Source of the DNA: Dehalococcoidia bacterium
GTDB taxonomy: Bacteria > Chloroflexota > Dehalococcoidia > UBA2979
Reading direction: 5' to 3'
DNA length: 64,000 bases
NCBI GenBank assembly: GCA_963667465.2
Contig: CAXXDN010000002.1
Coordinates: 640,001-704,000 of the forward strand
Shown here: positions 9,230 to 18,924 of the stretch, piece by piece
How the letters are laid out: every line of letters begins with the position of its first letter
Numbering within the stretch: the first letter of the stretch is position 1
Translations under genes and position numbers: made by a program
Notes under the pieces: model-generated
What the model was told of the DNA's origin: nothing
The model's database searches: none
The model's input: the letters and a program-made list of their open reading frames with translations, nothing else

Positions 9230-10948
9230 ATGGCGGTCGATCGTGTGCTCGTCGAGAAGCACGTCACGGTCACGATGCGCGACGGCGTCGAGACGCGCGG
9301 CGACCTCTACCGCCCCGCCGAGGGCGCGCCCGTCCCCGGCATCGTCTGCCGCACCCCGTACGACAAGGAGGCGATCGGCTCCACCCGCGTGTTGCCCGCG
9401 CCGCTCAAGTTCGCCGAGGCCGGCTATGCCGTGCTCGTCGTCGACGTGCGCGGCCGCTACTCCTCGGACGGTGTCTTCGAGCCGTTCCACAACGAGGGTC
9501 GCGACGGCTACGACACGGTCGAGTGGCTGGCGGCGCAGCCGTTCTGCAGCGGCGACGTCGGCATCTTCGGGCTCTCCTACTACGGCGCGACGACGCTGCT
9601 GGCGACGCGCGAGCAGCCGCCCTCGCTGCGCTGCGCCGCCGCGATCATCACTGCCAGCGACTACTTCGACGACTGGACGCACTACGGCGGGGCGCTGCAG
9701 CTCGGCTTCAGCGGCACCTGGGGCATGGGCCTCGCGGCGGCCCAGTTGCTGCGCGAGGACAGCGCCGCTTCCGAAGCCGCCGCCGAGGCGCTCGCCCTCG
9801 CGATGGCCTCGCCGCTGGAGACATTGCGCCACCGTCCGCTGAGCGAGCTGCCGGGCATGTCGCTCCCCGGCGTCGCGCCCTATTGGGCGGAGTGGCTGGA
9901 GCACGACCGCCGCGACGACTTCTGGGAGGCGCTGCGGCTCTCGAGGGACTACGCGGACTTCCAGGTGCCCGTGATGCACGTCGGCGGCTGGTTCGATCTG
10001 TTCACGCTGGGCACCGTGCGCAACTTCCAGGGTATGCATGCCGCGGGTGTCGCCGAGCAGCGGCTCTGGATGGGGCCGTGGTCGCACACCTCGTACGAGC
10101 GCTACCACGGCGACGTCGACTTCGGCGGGACCGCCCCGGTCGGGCTCTGCGGCATCGACGCGGCCTACCTCGCCTTCTTCGACGAGTACCTGCGCGGGCA
10201 GCAGCCCGAGGCGCCTCAGCCGACTGTGCGCTACTTCCTGATGGGGTCGAACGAGTGGCGCGACGCGACCGCCTGGCCGCCCGTGGAGGCGCGTGAGCTG
10301 GCGCTCTACCTGCGCTCCGGCGGCGAGGCGCAGAGCGCGCGCGGCGACGGCCGCCTCGAGGACGCCGCTGCCGAGGGCGACGAGCCACCCGACCGCTACC
10401 TCTACGACCCGGAGCGGCCCGTCCCGACCGAGGGCGGCTCGCTGCTCCAGCAGTCCGTTGGCCAGCCGGGCCCGCGCGAGCAGTCGCAGATCGAGGCGCG
10501 CGACGACGTGCTTTGCTACACGACCGCGCCGTTCGAGCAGCCGCTCACGGTCGCGGGCCCCGTCACGGTCGAGCTCTGGGCCGTCACCGACGCGCCGGAC
10601 ACGGACTGGACGGCGAAGCTCGTCGCCGTCGATCCGGACGGGACGGCGATCTCGCTCTGCGACGGCATCCGGCGCGCAAGCTTCCGCGAGTCCCTCACGG
10701 ACCCCTCGCCCGTGACGCCCGGCGAGGCCTACCGCTACGAGATCGAGCTGGGCAGCACGGCCTACCGCTTCGCGCCGGGCCAGCGCCTGCGGCTACAGGT
10801 CTCGAGCTCGAACTTCCCGCGCTTCGACGCGAACCCGAACACCGGCGAGCCCTCGTGGAGCGCCGTCGAGACGCGCCCCGCCGTGCAGCAGGTGCTGCAC
10901 GACGCCGCGCACAGCTCGGCGCTGCGCCTCTGGCTGCTGGACGAGTAG
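9230..10948 (+). CDS. CocE/NonD family serine hydrolase
   Basis: MRDGVE..DLYRP, RTPYDK, DVRGRYSSDG, nucleophile GLSYYG, GGWFD, GPWSH, SSSNFPRFDANPNTG. SD GGAGG before ATG 9230. Confidence 0.93.
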   Translation: MAVDRVLVEKHVTVTMRDGVETRGDLYRPAEGAPVPGIVCRTPYDKEAIGSTRVLPAPLKFAEAGYAVLVVDVRGRYSSDGVFEPFHNEGRDGYDTVEWLAAQPFCSGDVGIFGLSYYGATTLLATREQPPSLRCAAAIITASDYFDDWTHYGGALQLGFSGTWGMGLAAAQLLREDSAASEAAAEALALAMASPLETLRHRPLSELPGMSLPGVAPYWAEWLEHDRRDDFWEALRLSRDYADFQVPVMHVGGWFDLFTLGTVRNFQGMHAAGVAEQRLWMGPWSHTSYERYHGDVDFGGTAPVGLCGIDAAYLAFFDEYLRGQQPEAPQPTVRYFLMGSNEWRDATAWPPVEARELALYLRSGGEAQSARGDGRLEDAAAEGDEPPDRYLYDPERPVPTEGGSLLQQSVGQPGPREQSQIEARDDVLCYTTAPFEQPLTVAGPVTVELWAVTDAPDTDWTAKLVAVDPDGTAISLCDGIRRASFRESLTDPSPVTPGEAYRYEIELGSTAYRFAPGQRLRLQVSSSNFPRFDANPNTGEPSWSAVETRPAVQQVLHDAAHSSALRLWLLDE

Positions 10949-10973
10949 CGCCGAGGCAGTCGCCCGCTCGCGG

Positions 10974-11852
10974 TCAGGCCTTCGGTCGCATCCCGATCTC
11001 GCGCGGCGGCATGCCGAGGATGGCGCGCGCCTCGTCCGGCGTCGCCACCTCGCGGCCCGCGTGGTGCGCGAGCTCCACGGCCATCTCGACGTGGTCGGCG
11101 TTGGTGTAGGCGTCGGCGCCGCGTTTGCCGTCGAGCAGCGGGTTCTCGCCGATGCCGGTGCGGATGTGGCCGCCAGTGGCCGCCGCGAGCATGCTGGTGC
11201 GGCGCAGCGTCGGCTCCCCGGGGAGGCCGTCGTAGACGGTGTTGAACCACTGGCAGTTCAGGCCCGGCGGTAGCAGGTCGAGGTACATCTTGAGGCCGTC
11301 CAGGCCGGCCGGCGGACCGAGTGAGAACTCGTTCCAGAAAATCTTCAGGATCAGCGTGTCGCCGATCAGCCCCTGCTCGTGGAAGCGCGCGATGTGCCGC
11401 ATGTGCCCGATGTGTCGCACGCCGATGCTGTAGCTGACGTTGAGGGCCCGCAGATCCTCGAGCAGCTTCGCTACGAAGCTGCCGTCGTGCCCGGTGATGC
11501 CTTCCTCGGGGAAGATGTCGACCGTCGCGAGCTCCAGCCCCTCCTCCTCGTTGCGCGCCAGCTCGAAGAGGTGCGGCGTGTTCTCCTTATGCGCGCCCCG
11601 CTGCGTCGGGTAGACGAGCACGTCCGGGCACTCCTCGCGGATCAGCCGGTAGCACTCGAGGTACATCTCCGTCCCGAGGTGCCAGAGGTTCTGGCCGTCT
11701 TCGTCGCGCGGGTGGTAGTGGATGATCGCCGCGCCCGCGTTCGCGGCGGCGATGCCGTCGCGCGCGCCATCCTCGGGGCCGTAAGGGACGTGCGGGTTGT
11801 CCTCCTTGCGCGCGGACTCGTTGATCGAGGCCTCGATGATCAGCTTGTCCAT
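10974..11852 (-). CDS. Beta-keto acid cleavage enzyme (BKACE/Kce, DUF849) family
   Basis: KLII.., NPHVPYGPE, AGAAIIHYHPRD, GGHIRTGIGEN, GREVATPDEARAILG. Confidence 0.88.
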   Translation of the reverse strand: MDKLIIEASINESARKEDNPHVPYGPEDGARDGIAAANAGAAIIHYHPRDEDGQNLWHLGTEMYLECYRLIREECPDVLVYPTQRGAHKENTPHLFELARNEEEGLELATVDIFPEEGITGHDGSFVAKLLEDLRALNVSYSIGVRHIGHMRHIARFHEQGLIGDTLILKIFWNEFSLGPPAGLDGLKMYLDLLPPGLNCQWFNTVYDGLPGEPTLRRTSMLAAATGGHIRTGIGENPLLDGKRGADAYTNADHVEMAVELAHHAGREVATPDEARAILGMPPREIGMRPKA

Positions 11853-11901
11853 CGTTCGCTCCTTCGCCCCCGCGCCGGTCCGCTCGCCGCGCTCAACGCA
11901 C

Positions 11902-13098
11902 TCAGTGCGCGGCGGTGACGCCCTTGTCGTGCAGTTGCTCGATATCCGGCCAGTCGTAGCCGAGCTCGAGCAGGATCTCCTCGGTGTGCTGTCCCAGCTC
12001 CGGGGCGGGTCCGCGCACACCGCCCGGCGTCTCGCTGAGCTGCACCGACATGCCGATCGTGCGGTGGCCGGGGAAGGTCGGGTGTTCGAGGTCGATCAGG
12101 TAGCCGTTCTGCCAGTGCTGCGGCTCGGCGGTCACGCCCGCGTAGTCGTAGACGGGCCCGCACGGGACCTCCGCCTCGATAAGGCCGCGCAGCCACTCCT
12201 CGCGCGGTTTCGTGGCAAAGACCGCGCTGAGCTCCCCGGCCAGCCACGGCCCGTTGTCGAAGCGCGCGAAGGGGTCGGCGGAGCGCGGATCGTCGATCAG
12301 GTCCTCGCGACCGATCACGCGGCAAATCCTCGGCCAGAACTTCGGGTCGAGGCCGGCGATCGTGAACCACTCGCCGTCGGAGGCCTGATACCAGCTGAAC
12401 GCGGCGTTGCGCGAGGCGCCCGGATTGCGCCGCTCCTGCTTGCCGGTGTGCAGATAGGTGAGCAACGAGAAGCCTTGCAGCGAGATCATCGCGCCGAGCT
12501 GGGAGACGTCGACCTTCTGGCCCACCCCGAAGCGCTCGCGGGAGACCAGCGCCGTCATCACCCCGTAGGCGAGCATCATCCCGCCCACCTGGTCGGCGAG
12601 CCCCCAGGCGACCGAGGTGGGCGTGGCGCCGGGGCCGCCGCCCTGTGCGACGAGCGCGCCGCTCATCCCCTGCGCGACGTGGTCGAAGGAGCCACGGCTG
12701 CTCCACTCGCCGTCCGGCCCGAACCCGCTGTTGACGGCGTAGATCAGCCTCGGATTGAGCGGGACCATGTCGTCGTAGCCGATGCCGAGCCGGTCGAGGA
12801 CGCCGGGGCGGAAGTTCTCCACGACGACGTCGACCTTGGGCACGAGCTTGCGAATCACCTCGCGCCCCTCCTCGGTCCGAAGTTCGAGCGTGATGCTGCG
12901 CTTGCCGCGGTTGAGCGCCTCGAAGTAGGCGGAGAAGCCGTCGGGCAGCCGCATGACGGAGCGTCCGGGGTCGCCGTCGCCGGGCAGCTCCACCTTCAGC
13001 ACCTCGGCGCCCATGTCGGCGAGCAACTGCGTGCCGTGCGTGCCGTTCTGGTAGCGCGTGAAGTCGAGGATGCGAATCCCCTCGAGTGGTGACGGCAT
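11902..13098 (-). CDS. Family III CoA-transferase (CaiB/BaiF)
   Basis: LEGIRILDF, LADMGAEVLKVE, NRGKRSITL, VENFRPG, catalytic Asp in LADQVGG, APELGQHT. Confidence 0.93.
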   Translation of the reverse strand: MPSPLEGIRILDFTRYQNGTHGTQLLADMGAEVLKVELPGDGDPGRSVMRLPDGFSAYFEALNRGKRSITLELRTEEGREVIRKLVPKVDVVVENFRPGVLDRLGIGYDDMVPLNPRLIYAVNSGFGPDGEWSSRGSFDHVAQGMSGALVAQGGGPGATPTSVAWGLADQVGGMMLAYGVMTALVSRERFGVGQKVDVSQLGAMISLQGFSLLTYLHTGKQERRNPGASRNAAFSWYQASDGEWFTIAGLDPKFWPRICRVIGREDLIDDPRSADPFARFDNGPWLAGELSAVFATKPREEWLRGLIEAEVPCGPVYDYAGVTAEPQHWQNGYLIDLEHPTFPGHRTIGMSVQLSETPGGVRGPAPELGQHTEEILLELGYDWPDIEQLHDKGVTAAH

Positions 13099-13309
13099 GA
13101 GGTGCTCCTTCCGCGCCGCGATCGGTCCGATCCGGCGCGCCTCGGTGGTCGGCTCCGGGGCAAGACTTAGCACAAGCGGAGATAGCCTGTCGCGCTTCGC
13201 GGGCCGCCACGCGGCCCGGACTCGTCGCCGCGAGCGGATTCGCTACAATGCACGGCAGATCGCGCCCCAGCCGCGCGAACGCCGAGCGCCCGAAGAAGGA
13301 GTGCCGCGC

Positions 13310-15613
13310 ATGGTCGCCACAGACAAGCAATACGAGGTGATCGGAACCCGCCCCGTCCGCCACGACGGAGCCGACAAGGTGACCGGACGCGCGCAGTACG
13401 GCGCCGACGTCCGGCTGCCGCGGATGCTCTACGGGCGCGTCAAGCGCAGCCCTGTCGCGCACGCCCGGCTGATCAGCATCGACACCTCGAAGGCGGAGGC
13501 GCTCGAGGGCGTACTCGCCGTGATCACGGCCGCCGACATGCCGGACCCCGGCGACCGCATCGTGCCGACGATTCGCGGGCTGACGCCGCTGCGCTGGCTG
13601 CGCGGCTTCCTGCTCGCCAATGAGAAGCTGCTCTTCCGCGGCCACCCGATCGCCGCCGTATGCGCCACCGACCCGCACATCGCCGAGGACGCCATCGACC
13701 TGATCGAGGTCGAGTACGAGGAGCTGCCCCCGGTGCTCGACGTGCAGGAGGCGATGTCCGAGGCGGCCCCGGTGCTGCTCGAGGACCTGCGCACCGAGGA
13801 ACTGGCGCAGGCCGCCTACAACGCCTCGGGCGACAAGCCGGCGGAACAGCAGACCAACATCGCCAAGCACCTCGTGATGGAGGTCGGCGATTCCGAGGCC
13901 GGCTTCGCCGAGGCGGACATCGTGCTCGAGGGCGAGTACGGCACGACGATGGCGCACCAGGGCTACATTGAACCGCACGCCTCTACGGCGATGTGGCAGC
14001 AGGATGGCGAGCTGCTCGTCTGGACCTCGACGCAGGGCGCGTTCGGCATCCGCGACAACCTGGCGATGATCCTCGATCTGCCGGTCTCGCAGGTGAAGGT
14101 GACCCCCACGGAGATCGGCGGCGGCTTCGGCGGCAAGCTGAAGCTCTACTACGAGCCGCTGGCCGCGCTGCTCTCCCGGAAGACCGGCCACCCGGTCAAG
14201 ATGCAGATGACGCGCACCGAGGTGCTCGAGGCCAGCGGCCCGACCTCCGGGACGCACCACCGCGTGAAGATCGGCGCGAAGAACGACGGCACGATCGTCG
14301 CCGTCGAGGGCCACTTCGCCTACGAGGCCGGCGCCTACCCCGGCTCCCCCTACGTCGCCGGGGCGCGCTGCGCCTTCGGGCCGTACGACATTCCCAACCA
14401 GTTCGTCGAGGCCTGGGACGTGGTCCTCAACAAGCCGCAGGTCGCCGCCTACCGCGCGCCCGGCGCGCCCTCCTCGGAGTTCGCGGTCGAGTCGTTGCTG
14501 GACGATCTGGCCGAGCGGCTGGAGCTGGACCCGATGGACCTGCGGCTGAAGAACGCCGCCGTCGAGGGCACCCGCCGCACGGACGGCGCCGCCTTCGGCT
14601 CGATCGGCGCGAAAGAGGTGATGGAGGAGATCAAGAACAGCGAGCACTACCGCTCCGAGCTGCAGGGCGAGAACCGCGGCCGCGGCGTCGCCATGGGCTT
14701 CTGGTTCAACGGCGGCAACGAGTCCAGCGCCTACGCCAACGTCAACGCCGACGGCACGGTCAGCCTCGTCACCGGCTCGGTCGACATCGGCGGGCAGCGC
14801 GCCGCGCTGGCGATGACACTGGCGGAGACGCTCGGCCTCACGGCGGCGGACGTGCACCCCTCGGTCGCAGCGGACACCGACTCGATCGGCTTCACCGGCA
14901 ACACCGGCGGCAGCCGCACGACCTTCGCCACCGGCTGGGCCGCCTACGAGGCGGCGATGGACATCCGCCGCCAGCTCGAGGAGCGCGCCGCCCGGATCTG
15001 GGAGTGCGAGCGTGACGATGTGAGCTACGGCGACGGCGGCACGCTGCACGGCCCCGCGGACGACGACGGTAACGAGCGCTCGATGAGCTTCAAGGAGATC
15101 GCCGGGAAGCTCGGAATGACCGGCGGCATGATCCAGGGCCGCGCCAACGTTAAGCCGACCACTGTCGGCCCGGCCTTCGCCGGGCACATCGTGGATGTCG
15201 AGGTCGACCCCGACACCGGCAAGGTCGACGTCCTGCGCTACACCGCCGTGCAGGACGTGGGCACGGCCGTCCACCCCTCGTACGTCGAGGGGCAGATCCA
15301 GGGCGGCGTGCAGCAGGGCGTCGGGATGGCGCTCAGCGAGGGCTACGACTTCGACGAGACCGGGCGGATGCGCAACTCGAGCCTGCTCGACTACCGCATG
15401 CCGACGGCGCTCGACCTGCCGATGATCGAGACGGTGCTGGTCGAGGTGCCCAACCCGGGTCACCCCTACGGCGTGCGCGGCGTCGGCGAGGTGCCGATCG
15501 TACCGCCGCTGGCGGCGGTCGCGAACGCGATCGAGGACGCCATCGGCGTGCGCATGCGCAAGCTGCCCGCCACCCCGGACGCGATCCTCGCGGAGCTCAA
15601 TCCGGAGGAGTAG
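13310..15613 (+). CDS. Xanthine dehydrogenase family molybdopterin-binding (large) subunit
   Basis: KVTGRAQY, SPVAHA, QGYIEPH, IGGGFGGK, AYRAPG, EGQIQGGVQQG.G, GVGEVPI. SD AAGGAG and upstream TACAAT. Confidence 0.93.
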   Translation: MVATDKQYEVIGTRPVRHDGADKVTGRAQYGADVRLPRMLYGRVKRSPVAHARLISIDTSKAEALEGVLAVITAADMPDPGDRIVPTIRGLTPLRWLRGFLLANEKLLFRGHPIAAVCATDPHIAEDAIDLIEVEYEELPPVLDVQEAMSEAAPVLLEDLRTEELAQAAYNASGDKPAEQQTNIAKHLVMEVGDSEAGFAEADIVLEGEYGTTMAHQGYIEPHASTAMWQQDGELLVWTSTQGAFGIRDNLAMILDLPVSQVKVTPTEIGGGFGGKLKLYYEPLAALLSRKTGHPVKMQMTRTEVLEASGPTSGTHHRVKIGAKNDGTIVAVEGHFAYEAGAYPGSPYVAGARCAFGPYDIPNQFVEAWDVVLNKPQVAAYRAPGAPSSEFAVESLLDDLAERLELDPMDLRLKNAAVEGTRRTDGAAFGSIGAKEVMEEIKNSEHYRSELQGENRGRGVAMGFWFNGGNESSAYANVNADGTVSLVTGSVDIGGQRAALAMTLAETLGLTAADVHPSVAADTDSIGFTGNTGGSRTTFATGWAAYEAAMDIRRQLEERAARIWECERDDVSYGDGGTLHGPADDDGNERSMSFKEIAGKLGMTGGMIQGRANVKPTTVGPAFAGHIVDVEVDPDTGKVDVLRYTAVQDVGTAVHPSYVEGQIQGGVQQGVGMALSEGYDFDETGRMRNSSLLDYRMPTALDLPMIETVLVEVPNPGHPYGVRGVGEVPIVPPLAAVANAIEDAIGVRMRKLPATPDAILAELNPEE

Positions 15614-15711
15614 CCGTCCGGAGGCGCAACAATCCGGAGAACGAGCCGCCCGGCCGCCGGTCGCGGCCGCGCCGAGCGAACGCCAGCGGAAGCCGACCGG
15701 CGGGAGTTGCG

Positions 15712-16671
15712 ATGTACCTGAACGAGTTCTCGCCGGACCTCGACGCCCTCGACATGACGGACGCTGAGGAGTTCCGGAGCCTGCTGCAAAGCGCGAGCGA
15801 CCTCGGCATCCCGCATCACCCCGGCGTGCGCTATGTCTCGCGCAACACGGTGGTGCAGCGGCAGCGCTTCCACTTCCTGGAGTGGGGCGATCCGGCCGCA
15901 CCGCCGCTGCTGCTGTTGCACGGCGGCAACCAGTCGGCGCACTCCTGGGACCTCGTCAGCCTCCACCTCGCGGATCGCTATCGCGTGTTGGCGCTCGACC
16001 AGCGTGGGCACGGCGACAGCGAGTGGGCCCGTGACGCCGCCTACGGCATCGGCGAGATGGCCGAGGATGCGATCGCCTTCATCACGCAGCAGGGCCTCGA
16101 TCAGCCGCTGATAATGGGCCACTCGATGGGCGGGCGCGTGACGATGGAGGTGCTCAAGCGCCGCCCCGGCAGCGCCCGCGCCGCCGTCTTCGTCGACGTC
16201 GGCCCGGTGATCAGCGGCCCGGGCACGGAGGCGATCCGCAACTTCATCCAGCGCAACATCGAGTTCGACGACCTCGAGGCGTTCATCGAGCGAGTCGTGG
16301 AGTACGACCCGTACCGCACGCGCGAGCACATTACGCGCACGGTCCGCTACAACCTGATCCAGCGCGCCGACGGCAGGTACATCACGAAGTCGGACCGCAT
16401 CCTGCACGACCCGAGGTTCCGCCGCGTGCGCGAGGGCGACGGCGTGCCGTTGAGCATCGGCCTCGACGCGGTGCGTGAATTCGATCTGCCGGCGCTCGTG
16501 ATCCGCGGCGGCGACTCGAACGTGCTCACCGAGCCGGGCGCCGAGGAGTTCGCCGCGGCGATGCCGCAGGGGCAGCTGCGGACCGTCCCGGACTGCGGAC
16601 ATAACGTCCACTCACAGAACACGCCCGGCTTCCTCGCCGCGGTCACGCCGTTCCTCGATGCGCTGACCTAG
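15712..16671 (+). CDS. Alpha/beta hydrolase
   Basis: LLLHGG, DQRGHGDS, nucleophile GHSMGG, CGHNVH. Confidence 0.9.
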   Translation: MYLNEFSPDLDALDMTDAEEFRSLLQSASDLGIPHHPGVRYVSRNTVVQRQRFHFLEWGDPAAPPLLLLHGGNQSAHSWDLVSLHLADRYRVLALDQRGHGDSEWARDAAYGIGEMAEDAIAFITQQGLDQPLIMGHSMGGRVTMEVLKRRPGSARAAVFVDVGPVISGPGTEAIRNFIQRNIEFDDLEAFIERVVEYDPYRTREHITRTVRYNLIQRADGRYITKSDRILHDPRFRRVREGDGVPLSIGLDAVREFDLPALVIRGGDSNVLTEPGAEEFAAAMPQGQLRTVPDCGHNVHSQNTPGFLAAVTPFLDALT

Positions 16672-16719
16672 CGCGTCGCGAGGCGGCCGGGCGGCCTGCC
16701 TGCGGACTGCGGACAGCAA

Positions 16720-16744
16720 GAAGGCCGCCCAGCGGGCGGCCTTC
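16720..16744. terminator. Terminator hairpin between convergent genes
   Basis: GAAGGCCGCCC-AGC-GGGCGGCCTTC, a perfect 11-bp stem. Confidence 0.7.
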
Positions 16745-16764
16745 ATTGCGAGTCTGCGAGGTGG

Positions 16765-17955
16765 CTAGCGCGCGTCCGGGTCGAACTCGGGGATGAGCTC
16801 GCCGGTGAGGCGGATGCTCTCCATGATCGCGTCGTGCGGGATCGCGCCGACCTGGTGGAAGGACATCAGGCGGTCGATGCCGGCATCCTGGTAGACCTTC
16901 ATCCCTTCGCGGACCTGGTCCTGGCTGCCGACGATCAGGGAGTGCTGCTTGGAGAGCACGTCCCAGACCTCCTCGGGGGTGACTTCCTCACCCTCCATGA
17001 CCTTCGCGACGATCAGCTGGGCCTCGGTCACATCGTCGTCGGCGTGCTCACGCAGGAACTGGCCGGTGAGGCCGCCACCTGCCGGGTCGGCTGCCGCCGC
17101 TTCCAGCTCCCTGGCGGTGAGCACGAAGGACTCCTTCGCCTCGAAGAAGGTGAAGGCGCCGTTGGTGTACCAGGCGGCCGCGTCGGCGGCGCCGTTCTCC
17201 ATCGCCTGCTGCTCGCTCTCGGCGGCGTGCACGAAGGTGAAGAAGGCAACCTGGTCGTTGACCTCCTCGCCGACGGGGTCGCAGTCCTTGATCGCATCGC
17301 GGTAGAGGCCGATCCACTCGGCGACCTGGTCGAGCGAGGCCCAGAGCGTGACGCCGAGCGCGCCGACGCCGTTGCGGCCCGCCTGCTCGAACGAGGTCGG
17401 GCTGGAGCAGGCCTGCCAGAGGCGCGGGTGCGGCTTCTGGTAGGGCTTCGGGATGATGGAGGCGTTGTTGATCTCGTAGAAGTCGCTCTTCCAGGAGAAG
17501 TCGTCGGTGGTCCACATTTTCGGGATCATCTCGAAGGCTTGCTGCATCTGGTCGCGAGTCTCGTCGGGGTCGATGTTGAAGGTGCGCCACTCAGGAATCG
17601 TGGACCGGGCGAGGCCGAGTTCGAAGCGGCCGTTGCTGACGTGGTCCAGGAAGGCGGCGCGCTCCGCGACCCGGATCGGGTGGTTGAAGCGGAAGGGGGA
17701 GAGCACCGCGGAGTGGCCGACGCGCAGGTTCTCCGTGTTGGCGGCGATGTTGGTGAGCATGATCTCCGGCGCCGAGCTGTAGCTGAACTCGACGGCGGTG
17801 TGGTGCTCCACCTCCCACCAGATCCCGTAGCCCATCTCGTCGGCGAGCTTCGCCTGCGCGAGGGTCTCCTCGAACAGCCGGTGCTCGTGGTTCTCGACGT
17901 CGGGGCCCCAGAGCTCCTTGGGTTGCTGCATCTCGGAGAAGATGTCGACCTTCAC
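16765..17955 (-). CDS. LLM class (luciferase-like) flavin-dependent oxidoreductase
   Basis: GTG start after SD GGAG. LADEMGY..WEVEHH, HPIRVAERAAFLDHVSNGRFELG, PKPYQKPHP. Confidence 0.92.
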   Translation of the reverse strand: MKVDIFSEMQQPKELWGPDVENHEHRLFEETLAQAKLADEMGYGIWWEVEHHTAVEFSYSSAPEIMLTNIAANTENLRVGHSAVLSPFRFNHPIRVAERAAFLDHVSNGRFELGLARSTIPEWRTFNIDPDETRDQMQQAFEMIPKMWTTDDFSWKSDFYEINNASIIPKPYQKPHPRLWQACSSPTSFEQAGRNGVGALGVTLWASLDQVAEWIGLYRDAIKDCDPVGEEVNDQVAFFTFVHAAESEQQAMENGAADAAAWYTNGAFTFFEAKESFVLTARELEAAAADPAGGGLTGQFLREHADDDVTEAQLIVAKVMEGEEVTPEEVWDVLSKQHSLIVGSQDQVREGMKVYQDAGIDRLMSFHQVGAIPHDAIMESIRLTGELIPEFDPDAR

Positions 17956-18096
17956 GCACTGCTCCTCTTCGCTCTCGCCGTCGCCGCCCGCGCGCCCTCG
18001 ATGGGCGCGAACGCTCCGGCGATTCGTGTGCCGCAGGCCAGCATCCCGACGAACTCCGCGAGTGTCAAACGGCGCGAGGAGGGCCGCGCACAGCAA

Positions 18097-18121
18097 GGGG
18101 GCTGCCTCGTCGGCAGCCCCC
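18097..18121 (-). terminator. Hairpin (probable terminator) after crotonase paralog 3
   Basis: GGGGGCTGCC-TCGTC-GGCAGCCCCC, a 10-bp stem with a weak U tract. Confidence 0.55.
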
Positions 18122-18147
18122 GGATTGGCGTCTCGCGCGGCTGGTTG

Positions 18148-18924
18148 TTAGCGGCCCTTGAAGACCGGCTTGCGCTTCTCGGCGAAGGCGAGGGCGGCCT
18201 CGCGCGTGTCCTCGAGCGACATCAGCCCGTCGAGCGCCGCGGGGAACGCGATGTTCGACTGGTACGTGTTCGGGCGCGGACGCGCCATCATCAGCTGCTG
18301 CTTGGTGACCTGGACGTGCACCGGGGGCAGCGCCGCGATCTCCTCGGCGATGTCCATCGCCGTGGACATCAGTTCGGACTCCGGCACGACGTGGTTGATG
18401 ATGCCCAGCTCGTAGGCGCGCTGCGCGTCGAACTGGTGGCCGCGGATCACGATCTCGCTGCCGGGCAGCCAGTAGAGGTTCTGCAGGATCACGAACAGCG
18501 CCGGCCCGATGATGCCCGTCGGGATTTCCGACATCGCGAAGCGCGCGCCCTCGGCGGCGACGCAGATGTCGGAGCCGCAGACGATGTAGAAGCCCGCGCC
18601 CCAGGCGCCGCCCTGGACGGCCGTGATGATCGGCTTGTCGGTCTCGGGGACGCCGTAGAAGCCCATCTTGGCGACGGGCGCGTCGGGGTTGCTGATCTCG
18701 GGGCGGCCCCCGGCCTGCTCGCGAATGTCGCGGCCGGCGGAGAAGATGCGGCCCTCGCCGCTGACGACGGCAATGCGCATCTCCGGGTCGTTCTCGAACT
18801 CGTACCAGGCCTGGCTGAGGTCGTGGCGGATCTGCGCGCCGATCGCGTTCAGGCGCTCCGGCCGGTTGAGGCGGATGTGATAGATGTGGCCGAGCTTCTC
18901 GACGTTGACGTACTGCAGGTCCAC
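18148..18924 (-). CDS. Enoyl-CoA hydratase/isomerase family protein, paralog 3
   Basis: GTG after SD GAGGAG. LNRPERLNA, FSAGRDI, KPIITAVQGGAWGAG, AFAEKRKPVFKGR. Confidence 0.92.
   Translation of the reverse strand: MDLQYVNVEKLGHIYHIRLNRPERLNAIGAQIRHDLSQAWYEFENDPEMRIAVVSGEGRIFSAGRDIREQAGGRPEISNPDAPVAKMGFYGVPETDKPIITAVQGGAWGAGFYIVCGSDICVAAEGARFAMSEIPTGIIGPALFVILQNLYWLPGSEIVIRGHQFDAQRAYELGIINHVVPESELMSTAMDIAEEIAALPPVHVQVTKQQLMMARPRPNTYQSNIAFPAALDGLMSLEDTREAALAFAEKRKPVFKGR

Noticed and set aside
13310-15613. Aerobic CO dehydrogenase CoxL
   Set aside because: The active-site loop is AYRAPG, not AYXCSFR (form I) or AYXGAGR (form II), and coxM/coxS are absent.
11840-15901. 1353-aa minus-strand ORF and many other long antisense or alternate-frame ORFs (e.g. 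27890-30352, 46049-48040, 62456-63976)
   Set aside because: They shadow well-supported genes, carry no family motifs, and are expected from stop-codon scarcity at high GC3.
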